Notes under the pieces: model-generated
What the model saw: only the letters and a program-made list of their open reading frames with translations
Told to the model about the DNA's origin: nothing
The model's database searches: none
Assembly: GCA_030747675.1 (NCBI GenBank)
Contig: JASLKH010000031.1
Location: 1 to 20,338 of the forward strand
Direction: 5' to 3'
DNA from: Candidatus Thalassarchaeaceae archaeon
GTDB taxonomy: Archaea; Thermoplasmatota; Poseidoniia; Poseidoniales; Thalassarchaeaceae
DNA: 20,338 nucleotides
Shown: positions 8,103-17,094 of the stretch, piece by piece
Numbering within the stretch: the stretch's first letter is position 1
Layout of the letters: each line of letters opens with the position of its first letter
Made by a program: the position numbers and the translations under genes

Positions 8103-10753
8103 TGTTTCAAAATCGACCCGATTTTGAGGCACCTCTCATGAATATTATATCCAGGCCCCGTGGAGATACACCCACAAATCCGGACGCTGTGTTGAAAGCT
8201 AGAAAACAACTGACTGATTCACTACCTTCTATTGAAATGCATGAAGATGATGCTGCAGAAGGTGGATGTGGAGTTGTGGGATTAGCATGCGAAATTCCAG
8301 TTGCTGGCCGACATCTATTCAGATCGTTGGAACAAATGCGAAACCGAGGGAATGGAAAAGGAGGTGGTGTAGCAATGGTTGGATTAAACTCCACGCAATT
8401 TGGCACTACACAAAGTGTGTTGGAAGGTAGTTATCTAATTGCAATTGCCTGGGTAAACGAAGGATTTAGAGAAGAAATTGAGGCGAAATATATTCATTCT
8501 TCCTTTGAAGTTGATCACATTTATGATGTGCCTACTCTCGAGGATTGGACTACGCTTTCAGCACTTGAAGTATGTCCCCCTGACGTGACTTGCTACTGGG
8601 TTCGGCCAACGGAATCTGGTATTGCTGAAATGTTCAGTGAAACAAGTTTGAATCCAGGTGACTTTGAGGATGAAGATGCAATCCATTCCGAGTATGTTTA
8701 TCGCAACACACACAAATTGAATGTGGAATATTATGCGGAAAATGGTAGGGCTGATGCTTTCGTTCTAAGCCACGGTAGAGACATGTTAATCCTGAAAATT
8801 GTGGGCTATGCTGAAGATGTCATCAAGTACTATTGTCTGGACAATGTTACTGCACACGTTTGGATTGGGCATCACAGATATCCAACTCGAGGACGAGTAA
8901 CACACCCAGGGGGTGCACACCCATTTGGTCAAGGAATTGACGTTGCATTGGTACATAATGGTGATTTCAGCAATTATGTTTCAGTCAAGGACTACTTGGC
9001 ACAACGAGGAATGGAACCGCTTTTCTTCACAGATACAGAAGTTGCTGCACTTGCATTTGACCTCCACCTTCGAGTCTATGATTATCCAATGGAATATCTA
9101 ATTGAATCCTTAGCACCTACAAGTGAGCTTGATTTTGTCATGTTACCCGATGAAAAGAAAGCAATTTATGAGGCCATTCAAAAAACTCATATTCATGGAT
9201 CCCCAGATGGGCCTTGGTTCTTTATTATAGCCCAAGGTGCAGGAAAAGGACACCATCGACTAATTGGAATTACAGATACCAGTATGCTTCGTCCACAAGT
9301 ATTCTCTTACCAACGTGGAGAGGTTGCCATAGCATTCTGTGCTTCCGAAAAACAAGTGATTGATGCTGTTATGGAAAGTCTTGCTTCCGAAGACAAACGA
9401 TTCTGGCGAAGATGTGATCGGTATTGGAATGCCCGAGGTGGGTCCTATACAGACGGGGGAGCATTTCTATTTGATGTCATGAAAAAAGATGGAGGAGGTT
9501 TCGAGCTTGTGATGACTGACAAATTTGGTAGGTTAGTTGACACTCATCCTTCCGGCGATTTCGAAATAATGGATGCTGCCATGACGAGTGAAGTTGTTTG
9601 GCCTGAAAGTCAAGACGCTGAGGAATGCTTCATGACTTGCTCAGAATCGTTACTCACAATGGATTGGCCCGCTGCAAGAGCAATGCTTTCGGAAATTCAT
9701 ACTCAGTCACAACAGCGAGACAGAATGAAATCTCTTGATTTGTTACGTCTTTTACTGAATAGACAATACTCCACCGGCAATCTACGTCGTAGTCGCTGGC
9801 TCGATCATGTCGAAGATTCGATTAATGAAATTTTGATAGGGAGTAAATCATCACCATGTGCATCACTAGTAGGTCAAACTGGACCTGGACACCAACCTAA
9901 CCCTGAAAATGATAATCAGGCAATTGTGGTCGATGCTCGACCGTATCCAATCGAAGGTAGCAATAGTTTAGCTAGAGAATTAATTTCATTATACGAAAAA
10001 GGATGGAAAAATTTCCATGTTATCATGTGTCAAGGTCATCGATTCATTGGCAATGGATTTGGAATGAATACCGATGATGTAAGAATTGATGTGTACGGAA
10101 GTGTAGGGGATTACTTAGGTAGTGGAAATGATGGTATGACTATCCACATGCATGGAAATGGTCAAGACCAAATTGGACAAATTCACAAAAGGGGTACTAT
10201 GGTCATACATGGTGATGTAGGCCAATGTTATGGTTATGGGGCAAAAGGTGGCAGATTATTCGTGCTAGGCAATGCTGCTGGTCGCCCAATGATTAATTCT
10301 GTAGGCAATCCGAAACTTGTGATTAACGGTACTGCACTTGATTACCTTGCAGAATCATGTATGGCAGGAGATCCACTTGACGGAGGAGGATTTGTACTAA
10401 TTAATGGCATTGAATTTACCCCTGAAGGTGAAATTATGGCCATGGAAACTCCATATCCTGGCGGGAATTTATTCAGCCTCTCAAGCGGAGGGGCCATTTA
10501 TGTCCGAGATCCACACAACCGACTTTCAAGTAGTCAACTAAACGGTGGTGATTTTGTTGATTTAACAGAAGAAGATTGGTCTATTCTTGAACCTCTATTG
10601 GTTGAAAATGAACACCACTTCGGAATCCCACTTGCGAGATTACTAACTGTGGATGGAGAATTATGTGCTCCTGCTTCGGTCTATAGGAAGATTATCCCTC
10701 TTAAGAATAAGGCACTTTCAGTTGAAGATGGTTGGGCTGCCAAGCATGATTGA
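8102..10753 (+). CDS. Glutamate synthase class II glutamine amidotransferase domain fused to GXGXG beta-helix domain (GltB1-GltB3 fusion)
   Basis: Ntn nucleophile context EGG-CGVVG after a ~55-aa leader; RNRGNG, GHHRYPT, HPF, HNGD; C-terminal GXGXG repeats (GHRFIGNG, GDYLGSG, GQCYGYGAKGG, GNAAGRP). Confidence 0.9.
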   Translation: MFQNRPDFEAPLMNIISRPRGDTPTNPDAVLKARKQLTDSLPSIEMHEDDAAEGGCGVVGLACEIPVAGRHLFRSLEQMRNRGNGKGGGVAMVGLNSTQFGTTQSVLEGSYLIAIAWVNEGFREEIEAKYIHSSFEVDHIYDVPTLEDWTTLSALEVCPPDVTCYWVRPTESGIAEMFSETSLNPGDFEDEDAIHSEYVYRNTHKLNVEYYAENGRADAFVLSHGRDMLILKIVGYAEDVIKYYCLDNVTAHVWIGHHRYPTRGRVTHPGGAHPFGQGIDVALVHNGDFSNYVSVKDYLAQRGMEPLFFTDTEVAALAFDLHLRVYDYPMEYLIESLAPTSELDFVMLPDEKKAIYEAIQKTHIHGSPDGPWFFIIAQGAGKGHHRLIGITDTSMLRPQVFSYQRGEVAIAFCASEKQVIDAVMESLASEDKRFWRRCDRYWNARGGSYTDGGAFLFDVMKKDGGGFELVMTDKFGRLVDTHPSGDFEIMDAAMTSEVVWPESQDAEECFMTCSESLLTMDWPAARAMLSEIHTQSQQRDRMKSLDLLRLLLNRQYSTGNLRRSRWLDHVEDSINEILIGSKSSPCASLVGQTGPGHQPNPENDNQAIVVDARPYPIEGSNSLARELISLYEKGWKNFHVIMCQGHRFIGNGFGMNTDDVRIDVYGSVGDYLGSGNDGMTIHMHGNGQDQIGQIHKRGTMVIHGDVGQCYGYGAKGGRLFVLGNAAGRPMINSVGNPKLVINGTALDYLAESCMAGDPLDGGGFVLINGIEFTPEGEIMAMETPYPGGNLFSLSSGGAIYVRDPHNRLSSSQLNGGDFVDLTEEDWSILEPLLVENEHHFGIPLARLLTVDGELCAPASVYRKIIPLKNKALSVEDGWAAKHD

Positions 10754-10794
10754 TGATAGAAAGCATCAACAAATATGTCACAAAAGGAGACTAC

Positions 10795-10989
10795 ATGCCG
10801 AAGGTTCGTAAACCAAAAAGAGGTTGGCCTCGGCTACTTTTGCCGAAAAGAATGCGTCGTAGATTTCGTGAACCAAATAGTGGCCATGGCCTCCCTCCTT
10901 GCCCCCACTGCGGATTATTCGCGATGAAGAAAGATGATACTAGGGGAGAAATATATTGTACAGAATGTGGTGGTCTTCTTAGGAATTGA
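10795..10989 (+). CDS. Small basic protein with TFIIB/TFB-type Zn ribbon (64 aa)
   Basis: CPHCG....KDDTRGEIYCTECG matches the TFB zinc-ribbon pattern; AAGGAG upstream of ATG 10795; K/R-rich N-terminal half. Confidence 0.7.
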   Translation: MPKVRKPKRGWPRLLLPKRMRRRFREPNSGHGLPPCPHCGLFAMKKDDTRGEIYCTECGGLLRN

Positions 10990-11025
10990 TGCAAGAACTC
11001 TTGAATAGCAACGTCTTCGCCTAAA

Positions 11026-11093
11026 TCCCGCTGTGATGATAACCTGATGCCGACTGCTGTTTAAGTGAGGATTGATGGGCGAACTGAGCGGGA
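11026..11093 (+). ncRNA. Box C/D methylation-guide sRNA (68 nt)
   Basis: 6-bp terminal stem TCCCGC/GCGGGA; box C GTGATGA 11033-11039; probable D' CCGA 11050-11053; C' GTGAGGA 11065-11071; 12-nt guide TTGATGGGCGAA 11072-11083; box D CTGA 11084-11087; intergenic location. Confidence 0.85.
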
Positions 11094-11124
11094 CCCTCAA
11101 GGGCCTTGACCTCTTGGGAGCACC

Positions 11125-12690
11125 ATGATTCCAAACCCGGGCTTCACATCTGGGCCAGGTTTTTCTCTTCAGCAAAACTCGCAATATCTACCAAGTGATG
11201 GTGCGACTTGGGTTGAAATTCAACCGGAACCAATAACTCCATCCGACCCCAATTTACAGATGGCTCGACCAAGTAGACCTTGGCGAATGTACGCTCGTGT
11301 TGTGGGACTTGTAATATTGGTCTTCTTCTTTGAACAAATTGTAGCAGGTGCAATTATTGAGGCATTAAATGGTGATATCCTTTTTAGTTCAGTTTGCCTA
11401 GCTTTTTCAATTCCATTCTTGCTCGCAATGGTTGCAATGAGAAGACCACGGATTATACTCCTAGAACGTGCAATACCAGATCCAAACGGTAAGGTTTTGC
11501 ATGCAATAACATCGCATGAGGGGTCATTGAGTACTCCGATGCCAACAAGGATGGGGCGCCATTTAATCAGGGATGATTCAATTCTCGATGTCCCAACCTC
11601 AAAAGCATCATGGATATTGTTCACTTGTACAGTTTTATTTTCAATTATTTTAGCAATACTTTCAGCCATTGGTGCATACATACTGGTCCTCCCCCTCTTA
11701 ATTCCAACTATTCTTATTGGATTCAGCATACCTGTTATGGGTTGGTGGTCACATTCAACTCACCAAATTGGTTTGCCCACTCGAAAACGTGATGCTGAAG
11801 CCTGGTTAATGGCTGGAATGCTTTCTGGACTCCCAGCAATTGTCATCAATTCGTCAATATTTCCTGGAATTATACAATTCATTACACCTAACATATCTGC
11901 TGATGTACTATTTGCACTAACCGTTTCAATTTCCGCCCCAGTTGGAGAAGAATTTTGTAAAGGTGTAGCCATATTGTTTTTTGCAAATCGAATTAAATCA
12001 CCAAAACATGGTTTCCAAATCGGATTTACGGTGGGGTTGGGATTTGCAATTGTTGAAAATTTAATGTATATCTCAAATGCCAGTGTAGATCCTGTAGCAT
12101 TAGGCTTTACAACATTAATTCGAGGTATTGGTTCAATCCCAGGGCATGCATTTTGGACATCACTAACTGGGGCAGGGATTGGCTGGCATCTTATGCAAAA
12201 AAGAGCAAATGAACTACACTTAAAGGCTCGAGATGGGCAAAAAATTTCAACGCCCCTGTCGGGCGACAAGAATTGGAAAATTTTTAACCCGAAAACAGGA
12301 ATAGAAATTGATTCCGTACAACCTGAACCAGGGATACAAACCCTCTCATCTGGAGTCAAAGTTTGGTTGCCACCTCAGGCGATTGGAGTTAAAGATCCAT
12401 TACTAAAAATACCACTCCCAAAATCTCCTGCTTTGGGATTACTCCTTGCAATGCTAGGGCACGCATTCTGGAATGGGTCTTCAATCGTTGTTGACTTCGT
12501 CGCATTGCAACAAGGGATGGGTGAAATAGGTCGAGTGATTTTACAATTGATGTGGATTGTTTTCTTGGTCATAGGAGTACTTCTAATTGGCATGGGACTT
12601 TTGTCAAGCGTACGTGATGCCCCGGATGGGGCGGCAGTAGATAGTTACCAACAGCAACTTGCGGAAATCACAAATAGAATTAGTAGGTAA
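11125..12690 (+). CDS. PrsW-family intramembrane metalloprotease (M82)
   Basis: APVGEEFCKG, GLGFAIVEN, GHAFWT and GHAFWN motifs in a polytopic membrane protein. Confidence 0.9.
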   Translation: MIPNPGFTSGPGFSLQQNSQYLPSDGATWVEIQPEPITPSDPNLQMARPSRPWRMYARVVGLVILVFFFEQIVAGAIIEALNGDILFSSVCLAFSIPFLLAMVAMRRPRIILLERAIPDPNGKVLHAITSHEGSLSTPMPTRMGRHLIRDDSILDVPTSKASWILFTCTVLFSIILAILSAIGAYILVLPLLIPTILIGFSIPVMGWWSHSTHQIGLPTRKRDAEAWLMAGMLSGLPAIVINSSIFPGIIQFITPNISADVLFALTVSISAPVGEEFCKGVAILFFANRIKSPKHGFQIGFTVGLGFAIVENLMYISNASVDPVALGFTTLIRGIGSIPGHAFWTSLTGAGIGWHLMQKRANELHLKARDGQKISTPLSGDKNWKIFNPKTGIEIDSVQPEPGIQTLSSGVKVWLPPQAIGVKDPLLKIPLPKSPALGLLLAMLGHAFWNGSSIVVDFVALQQGMGEIGRVILQLMWIVFLVIGVLLIGMGLLSSVRDAPDGAAVDSYQQQLAEITNRISR

Positions 12691-12809
12691 ATACTTACTT
12701 AGAGTCATGCGGGGATGCAGAGTATTATGGAAAAACAACAACATATCTCTGCTGACATAAGTAACATTCAACCGCAGAAGGTAAGTCGCAGGGGCACCAG
12801 AGGCATCAT

Positions 12810-13580
12810 ATGATCGAGTTAGAAATGACTGGAGGTCTGCAACAGACCAACCTCATCATCTCAATTATCTTGGTATTACTCCTAATGGTTATCAGTCGCC
12901 TAAGACGAGTACTCAACGAATCTGGAACTTGGGCTGCAGCAGTTTTGGGGCTAGGTGTTGCTATTGCAGGGCACTGGAGTTGGCTCATGATATTACTCGC
13001 ATTCCTCACATCTGGATTTGTAGCAACGAAATGGAAGTACGCAGAGAAAAAAAGTCGTGGTTTCAATGAGGGAAAAGAGGGGGAAAGAGATTGGACAAAT
13101 GTGTTAGCGAATGGAGGTGTCCCTCTATTCATTTCATTACTTGCACTATATACCCAGAATTGGCAGGATCTTCTACCGATATTTTCTGCATCTGTTGCTG
13201 TCGCTGCATCTGACACATTTGCAAGTGAATTTGGATGCTTGGACCATCGTGTAAGGATGATTACTACTTTCAAAAGATGTAAGCCAGGAGTGAATGGGGG
13301 GTTTAGTCCATCTGGACAACTTGCCGCTTTCGTTGGTTCTGGATTCATTGCACTTTTCAGTGCAGCACTAGGTACTATCCTCGATGCTGAAGCGTTGAGC
13401 CAACCTGTACACTTCATTATAGGTGTCACTGTGATTGGTTTCATAGGGTGTCAGATTGATTCCGTATTAGGGGCAGTTCTCGAAAACCGTGGCTATATTG
13501 GCAAGGGTACTGTCAATTCTTTAGCAATTACATCTGGGGCGATTATAGCTTGGTTTTTGCTACCAATTATGAGCAATTAA
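12810..13580 (+). CDS. DUF92 / TMEM19-family membrane protein
   Basis: RDWTNVLANGG, AASDTFASEFG, PGVNGGFSPSG, GCQIDSVLGA..E, VNSLA signatures. Confidence 0.9.
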   Translation: MIELEMTGGLQQTNLIISIILVLLLMVISRLRRVLNESGTWAAAVLGLGVAIAGHWSWLMILLAFLTSGFVATKWKYAEKKSRGFNEGKEGERDWTNVLANGGVPLFISLLALYTQNWQDLLPIFSASVAVAASDTFASEFGCLDHRVRMITTFKRCKPGVNGGFSPSGQLAAFVGSGFIALFSAALGTILDAEALSQPVHFIIGVTVIGFIGCQIDSVLGAVLENRGYIGKGTVNSLAITSGAIIAWFLLPIMSN

Positions 13581-13592
13581 AGCGTCTTTTTA

Positions 13593-13613
13593 CGGCGGCC
13601 CTTAGGGCCGCCG
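13593..13613. repeat. Perfect GC-rich palindrome CGGCGGCCC-TTA-GGGCCGCCG; terminator or regulator site
   Basis: 9-bp perfect stem with 3-nt loop, preceded by TTTTT at 13587-13591, between the DUF92 stop and the next gene's TATA-position motif. Confidence 0.6.
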
Positions 13614-13615
13614 GT

Positions 13616-13623
13616 TTGATGAA
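13616..13623 (+). promoter_or_regulatory. Putative TATA-position element (TTGATGAA)
   Basis: 29-22 nt upstream of ATG 13645, consistent with a leaderless transcript. Confidence 0.45.
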
Positions 13624-13644
13624 GGCCTAGGTTCTGGGCTCGCC

Positions 13645-16017
13645 ATGCACGGCAGCGAAGGGAATCGTTCAGGTAATGTCCTGATGATTCTCATTGTGAC
13701 ATTATTGGCCACGAGTGTAGCACCATCACCAGTTTCTAGTCAAACCACAAATTTCCCAACTGGGCCGGGTCTCGATTGGAACCTACCTACTGAACATCAC
13801 ATATTCCTAAATGGTACGCAGGGGAATGAAGGGTTAGATCGAATTCACCCCCCAAATACTGGCTACCCTGGTGGTGAAGTCATATTCCCCGGGCATGGAT
13901 TCCCAGTCTCACTTGTTTCTGCTTCAACAAATGCTGCAACTCAACCAACTAACCTCAAAGGCAACTTATCTGTTGATTTGTTTGCAGGCTTGGAAGTTGA
14001 AGATTCTACAACATGTAAGGCCACTAACATCATTCCAGGTGGCACAGCACTACTCAGTTCCCAAACAACATTCTATGCCACAGTTCGAATTGGTGATGTC
14101 ACCGTCATGGACAACCTCCCGAGTGATTCAATTCCAATGGAGTATGACTGGAACAAAGCACACAAGTTCACAATTACAACTGAAATTGATGAAATGCTTG
14201 ACGTAGGGGAATCAATCACGCTTGATGTATCGGTCGTGCACGATTGCGAATCCAGACCTGGTCGGCTTTTCTGGGGCACTTATGACCTCACTAGTGGATT
14301 GATAATAAAAGCAGATATGCTGACACCTTCACTGAACTCAACGGTGGACCAAAACGGTATTGCTCAAATTGAGTTTACTCCCCATTCGCCATTTGGAAGT
14401 GATGACTATTCAAACATCATCATTGATATCATTGGCCCACTAGATGGATGGGACCAAGGAGTTCACTACAGAATTATGCCGGAAGAAGAAATGAGAGTGG
14501 AGCACCTTGAATTTCCCCCTCATGGTACACGCCAAACTGATTCTGGAAGCATGGCATGGACTTGGGTCACGAACAATACAATGAAACCAGGGATGTATGT
14601 CATGGATGTTTGTATCCAAACCTCAGATGGGTTATTTGATGCAGGTCTGCTTGAATCTACGGACCCCCCTTGTCATATAATCGGTGTTCTCAGATTTGAA
14701 GTAATAGAAACTGCGGGCACTTGGGTTGCATCAGGATGGTTTACCATCATACCAATACTCTCCACATTGGGGCTCATAGGGTGGTTTTTCAGCACGAGAC
14801 TTCCACCTTGGCCGGCACTAGTTGTAATTGCCATTCTCATGCTTTCTGTACTTGGAACATTGGTGGCATTACCAGATATAGGTCCAGATTCACAGCAAAA
14901 TGAAGCGGCGGCACCTAACTTCACACTACTTACCCATGGTGACGGTAAAGAAAGTCTGGGGAGTTTAACAAATGGAAAGGATGCCTTGGTATTGGGAGTA
15001 TTCTTAGCCGGATCACCCGCTTCCGATCTTCAAATGGAAGATTTTTCAATCGCCAAGGAAAAATTAGGTGACTCAGTTTCATTTGCTCAATTAATTACTG
15101 GAGATTCTGTCGAGATGTATGATGGCGATACTCATGCCATGAAATTAAATGGTTCTTGGCCATTATTAATTGATGAAAGTGATGGAGCCGTTGCTAAAAT
15201 GCTCCCAACTGGAATTGCAGATGGAGTTGTAATTATTGATTCTGCAGGGTTCATAGTTAGTTGGAAACCCGCTAGCATGAGCCCTGTCGATTTAGAAAAA
15301 TCAATTGAAATAGCTGACTCAGGAGGGGGGAGGAGCCCATTTGAACTCCTCAGTATCAGTAGCCTTATTGTAATGCTCCCCTTACTTATTTTAGGCTTAC
15401 CACGTGAGCGAATTGAGGCACCGGAAGATGTTTTAATTCCAGCTGCAGGTTGGATTGGAACTTTCGGTGCGGCAGCAACTGGGTACTTGGTGTGGGCTCT
15501 TCCTGTGGCCATACTTGTTGGAGCAGCTGGTGCCATGTTTTGGACATGGTTAACATTAGCACTCATAACCTGGATGGCTTGGCAGGCCATAGCCATGATT
15601 ATCTGGCAAATTGTGCCAGAAATTGATTTCATTGCAACAAAAATCCACTCAATACTACCAGGATCATACAGAAAGTGGCGGAGTCAGAAAATGTTCACCT
15701 GGGATATGCGAATGGGGCACTGGTTTGCATGGTTATCATGGATTGCTATGCCGACTCTACTCGCACAAGGTGTAGGTTCGAGAATCGCAGGAGGTGGTTG
15801 GGGCTATCTCTTAGGCCCAATTTTCCTTGCTTTTTTCACTATTATTGCAGGTTTCACTACCCTATTGTTCCGTTTAGTAGCATCTTGGGGAGGTCCAATT
15901 TCAAGACTTGGTGGTATGTTGACTAGGCCAGTTATGGTCCGAACATGGGGGGTATTCACCGCAGGAATTAGTTTCTGGATGATTCTTTGGATTATGACAA
16001 ACACTCTATCCAATTAA
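13645..16017 (+). CDS. Exported multi-domain membrane protein: signal peptide, extracellular domain, redoxin (thioredoxin-fold) domain lacking CxxC, and a C-terminal ~6-TM CcdA-like region
   Basis: APNFTLL..GKDALVLGVFLAGSPAS...WPLLIDESDG...VVIIDSAGFIV is a redoxin pattern; C-terminal TM region has VMLPLL and GHWFAWLSWIAMPTLL at CcdA-like positions. Confidence 0.65.
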   Translation: MHGSEGNRSGNVLMILIVTLLATSVAPSPVSSQTTNFPTGPGLDWNLPTEHHIFLNGTQGNEGLDRIHPPNTGYPGGEVIFPGHGFPVSLVSASTNAATQPTNLKGNLSVDLFAGLEVEDSTTCKATNIIPGGTALLSSQTTFYATVRIGDVTVMDNLPSDSIPMEYDWNKAHKFTITTEIDEMLDVGESITLDVSVVHDCESRPGRLFWGTYDLTSGLIIKADMLTPSLNSTVDQNGIAQIEFTPHSPFGSDDYSNIIIDIIGPLDGWDQGVHYRIMPEEEMRVEHLEFPPHGTRQTDSGSMAWTWVTNNTMKPGMYVMDVCIQTSDGLFDAGLLESTDPPCHIIGVLRFEVIETAGTWVASGWFTIIPILSTLGLIGWFFSTRLPPWPALVVIAILMLSVLGTLVALPDIGPDSQQNEAAAPNFTLLTHGDGKESLGSLTNGKDALVLGVFLAGSPASDLQMEDFSIAKEKLGDSVSFAQLITGDSVEMYDGDTHAMKLNGSWPLLIDESDGAVAKMLPTGIADGVVIIDSAGFIVSWKPASMSPVDLEKSIEIADSGGGRSPFELLSISSLIVMLPLLILGLPRERIEAPEDVLIPAAGWIGTFGAAATGYLVWALPVAILVGAAGAMFWTWLTLALITWMAWQAIAMIIWQIVPEIDFIATKIHSILPGSYRKWRSQKMFTWDMRMGHWFAWLSWIAMPTLLAQGVGSRIAGGGWGYLLGPIFLAFFTIIAGFTTLLFRLVASWGGPISRLGGMLTRPVMVRTWGVFTAGISFWMILWIMTNTLSN

Positions 16018-16032
16018 TATCTGTATAATCTA

Positions 16033-16974
16033 TCAATTTTGGAGGCCAACGAACATTGCATCAACCATTCGATCTAGGTCAAATTCAGGTATCCAAAGCC
16101 ATTCTTTTCTCGCAAGTTTATCTTCAATTTCATTGGGCCAAGAATCGGCATATTGTTGACGTATATCAGGATTAAATGAACAAGTGAAACTAGGCAGATG
16201 TCTTCGAATAGATGTTACTAATTCATCTACAGTGAATGAACACCCCGCGATATTGTATCCGGCCCTAGAATCTCCCAACTGCTCAGATGGTGTAGACATT
16301 AATTCTAATGTGGCCCGAATCGCATCTTCCATATACATCATAGGCAATCTTGTGTCTCCCCTTACAAAACAATCGTAGTGACCCGATTCAATGGCAGCAG
16401 AAAATATCTCAACTGCATAATCAGTTGTCCCGCCCCCTGCTGGAGCCTTGTAAGAAATTAGGCCAGGATATCGTATTCCACGTATATCGACACCAAATTG
16501 TTTCCAGTACATTAGTCCCAACTGTTCCCCATTCACTTTTGTTTTCCCATATACTGTAGTTGGATTGAGTGGAGTGACCTGGGGGGCTAAATCAGGGCAA
16601 TCTGGTCCGAAAACTGCGATTGAAGATGGTGCATACACTCGCAAACCATGCTTTTTAGCACATTCAAACACAACTTTCGTACCACCAACATTTACTCTTT
16701 CGCATAATTCAGGGTTCTTTTCACCAGTCGCTGAAAGAAGAGCCGCTAGGTGATAAATTGTGTCAATCTGAAACTCAATAACTAATTTTTCAAGCGCATT
16801 TCCATCAAGTACATCTAGGATAAAAAAAGGACCTGATTTTAAAATAGAATGATTTGCAACATCTCTGATATCTGTCGCAATTACAGATTGTGGGTTGTAA
16901 TTGTCACGCAATGCTTCAACCAATTCAGTCCCAATTTGGCCCAACGCACCAGTAACGAGAATGCGCGTGGCCAT
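16033..16974 (-). CDS. tdh: L-threonine 3-dehydrogenase, extended SDR type (313 aa)
   Basis: ILVTGALGQIG Rossmann motif, HLAALLSATGE, PSSIAVFG, YGKTK (YxxxK), GGGTTDY, LPMMYMED, RQQYADSWP. Start set to ATG 16974. Confidence 0.85.
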   Translation of the reverse strand: MATRILVTGALGQIGTELVEALRDNYNPQSVIATDIRDVANHSILKSGPFFILDVLDGNALEKLVIEFQIDTIYHLAALLSATGEKNPELCERVNVGGTKVVFECAKKHGLRVYAPSSIAVFGPDCPDLAPQVTPLNPTTVYGKTKVNGEQLGLMYWKQFGVDIRGIRYPGLISYKAPAGGGTTDYAVEIFSAAIESGHYDCFVRGDTRLPMMYMEDAIRATLELMSTPSEQLGDSRAGYNIAGCSFTVDELVTSIRRHLPSFTCSFNPDIRQQYADSWPNEIEDKLARKEWLWIPEFDLDRMVDAMFVGLQN

Positions 16975-17094
16975 ATCTGGCCTCCGGCCGAGTCGATACT
17001 TGAACTTCGGTATTGACCATAGACGGTGAAAAAAGGTCAAAACAAAGCCAACGTTCATGTACTTCGCATAAGGGGTTCAGACCCCGTTGATTGC

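Noticed and set aside
5221-10753. N-methylglutamate synthase (mgsABC) interpretation of the glt-like operon
   Set aside because: From recall, MgsC has TGDGG and lacks the Cys cluster, and MgsA starts Met-Cys. Gene 2 here has TGEGG plus CxxCxxC, and no other methylamine genes are present.
12715-12813. 32-aa ORF ending in an ATGA overlap with the DUF92 start
   Set aside because: No motif or clear SD; an ATGA start creates such a stop by chance.
17072-17085. GGGGT-TCAG-ACCCC hairpin before pyrG as a reiterative-transcription attenuator
   Set aside because: Only 5 bp, no terminator, and the likely TSS falls downstream of the G run.
16975-17094. Overlapping N-terminal extensions of tdh and pyrG
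   Set aside because: Family homology begins at ATG 16974 and ATG 17095; the gap is a divergent promoter region.
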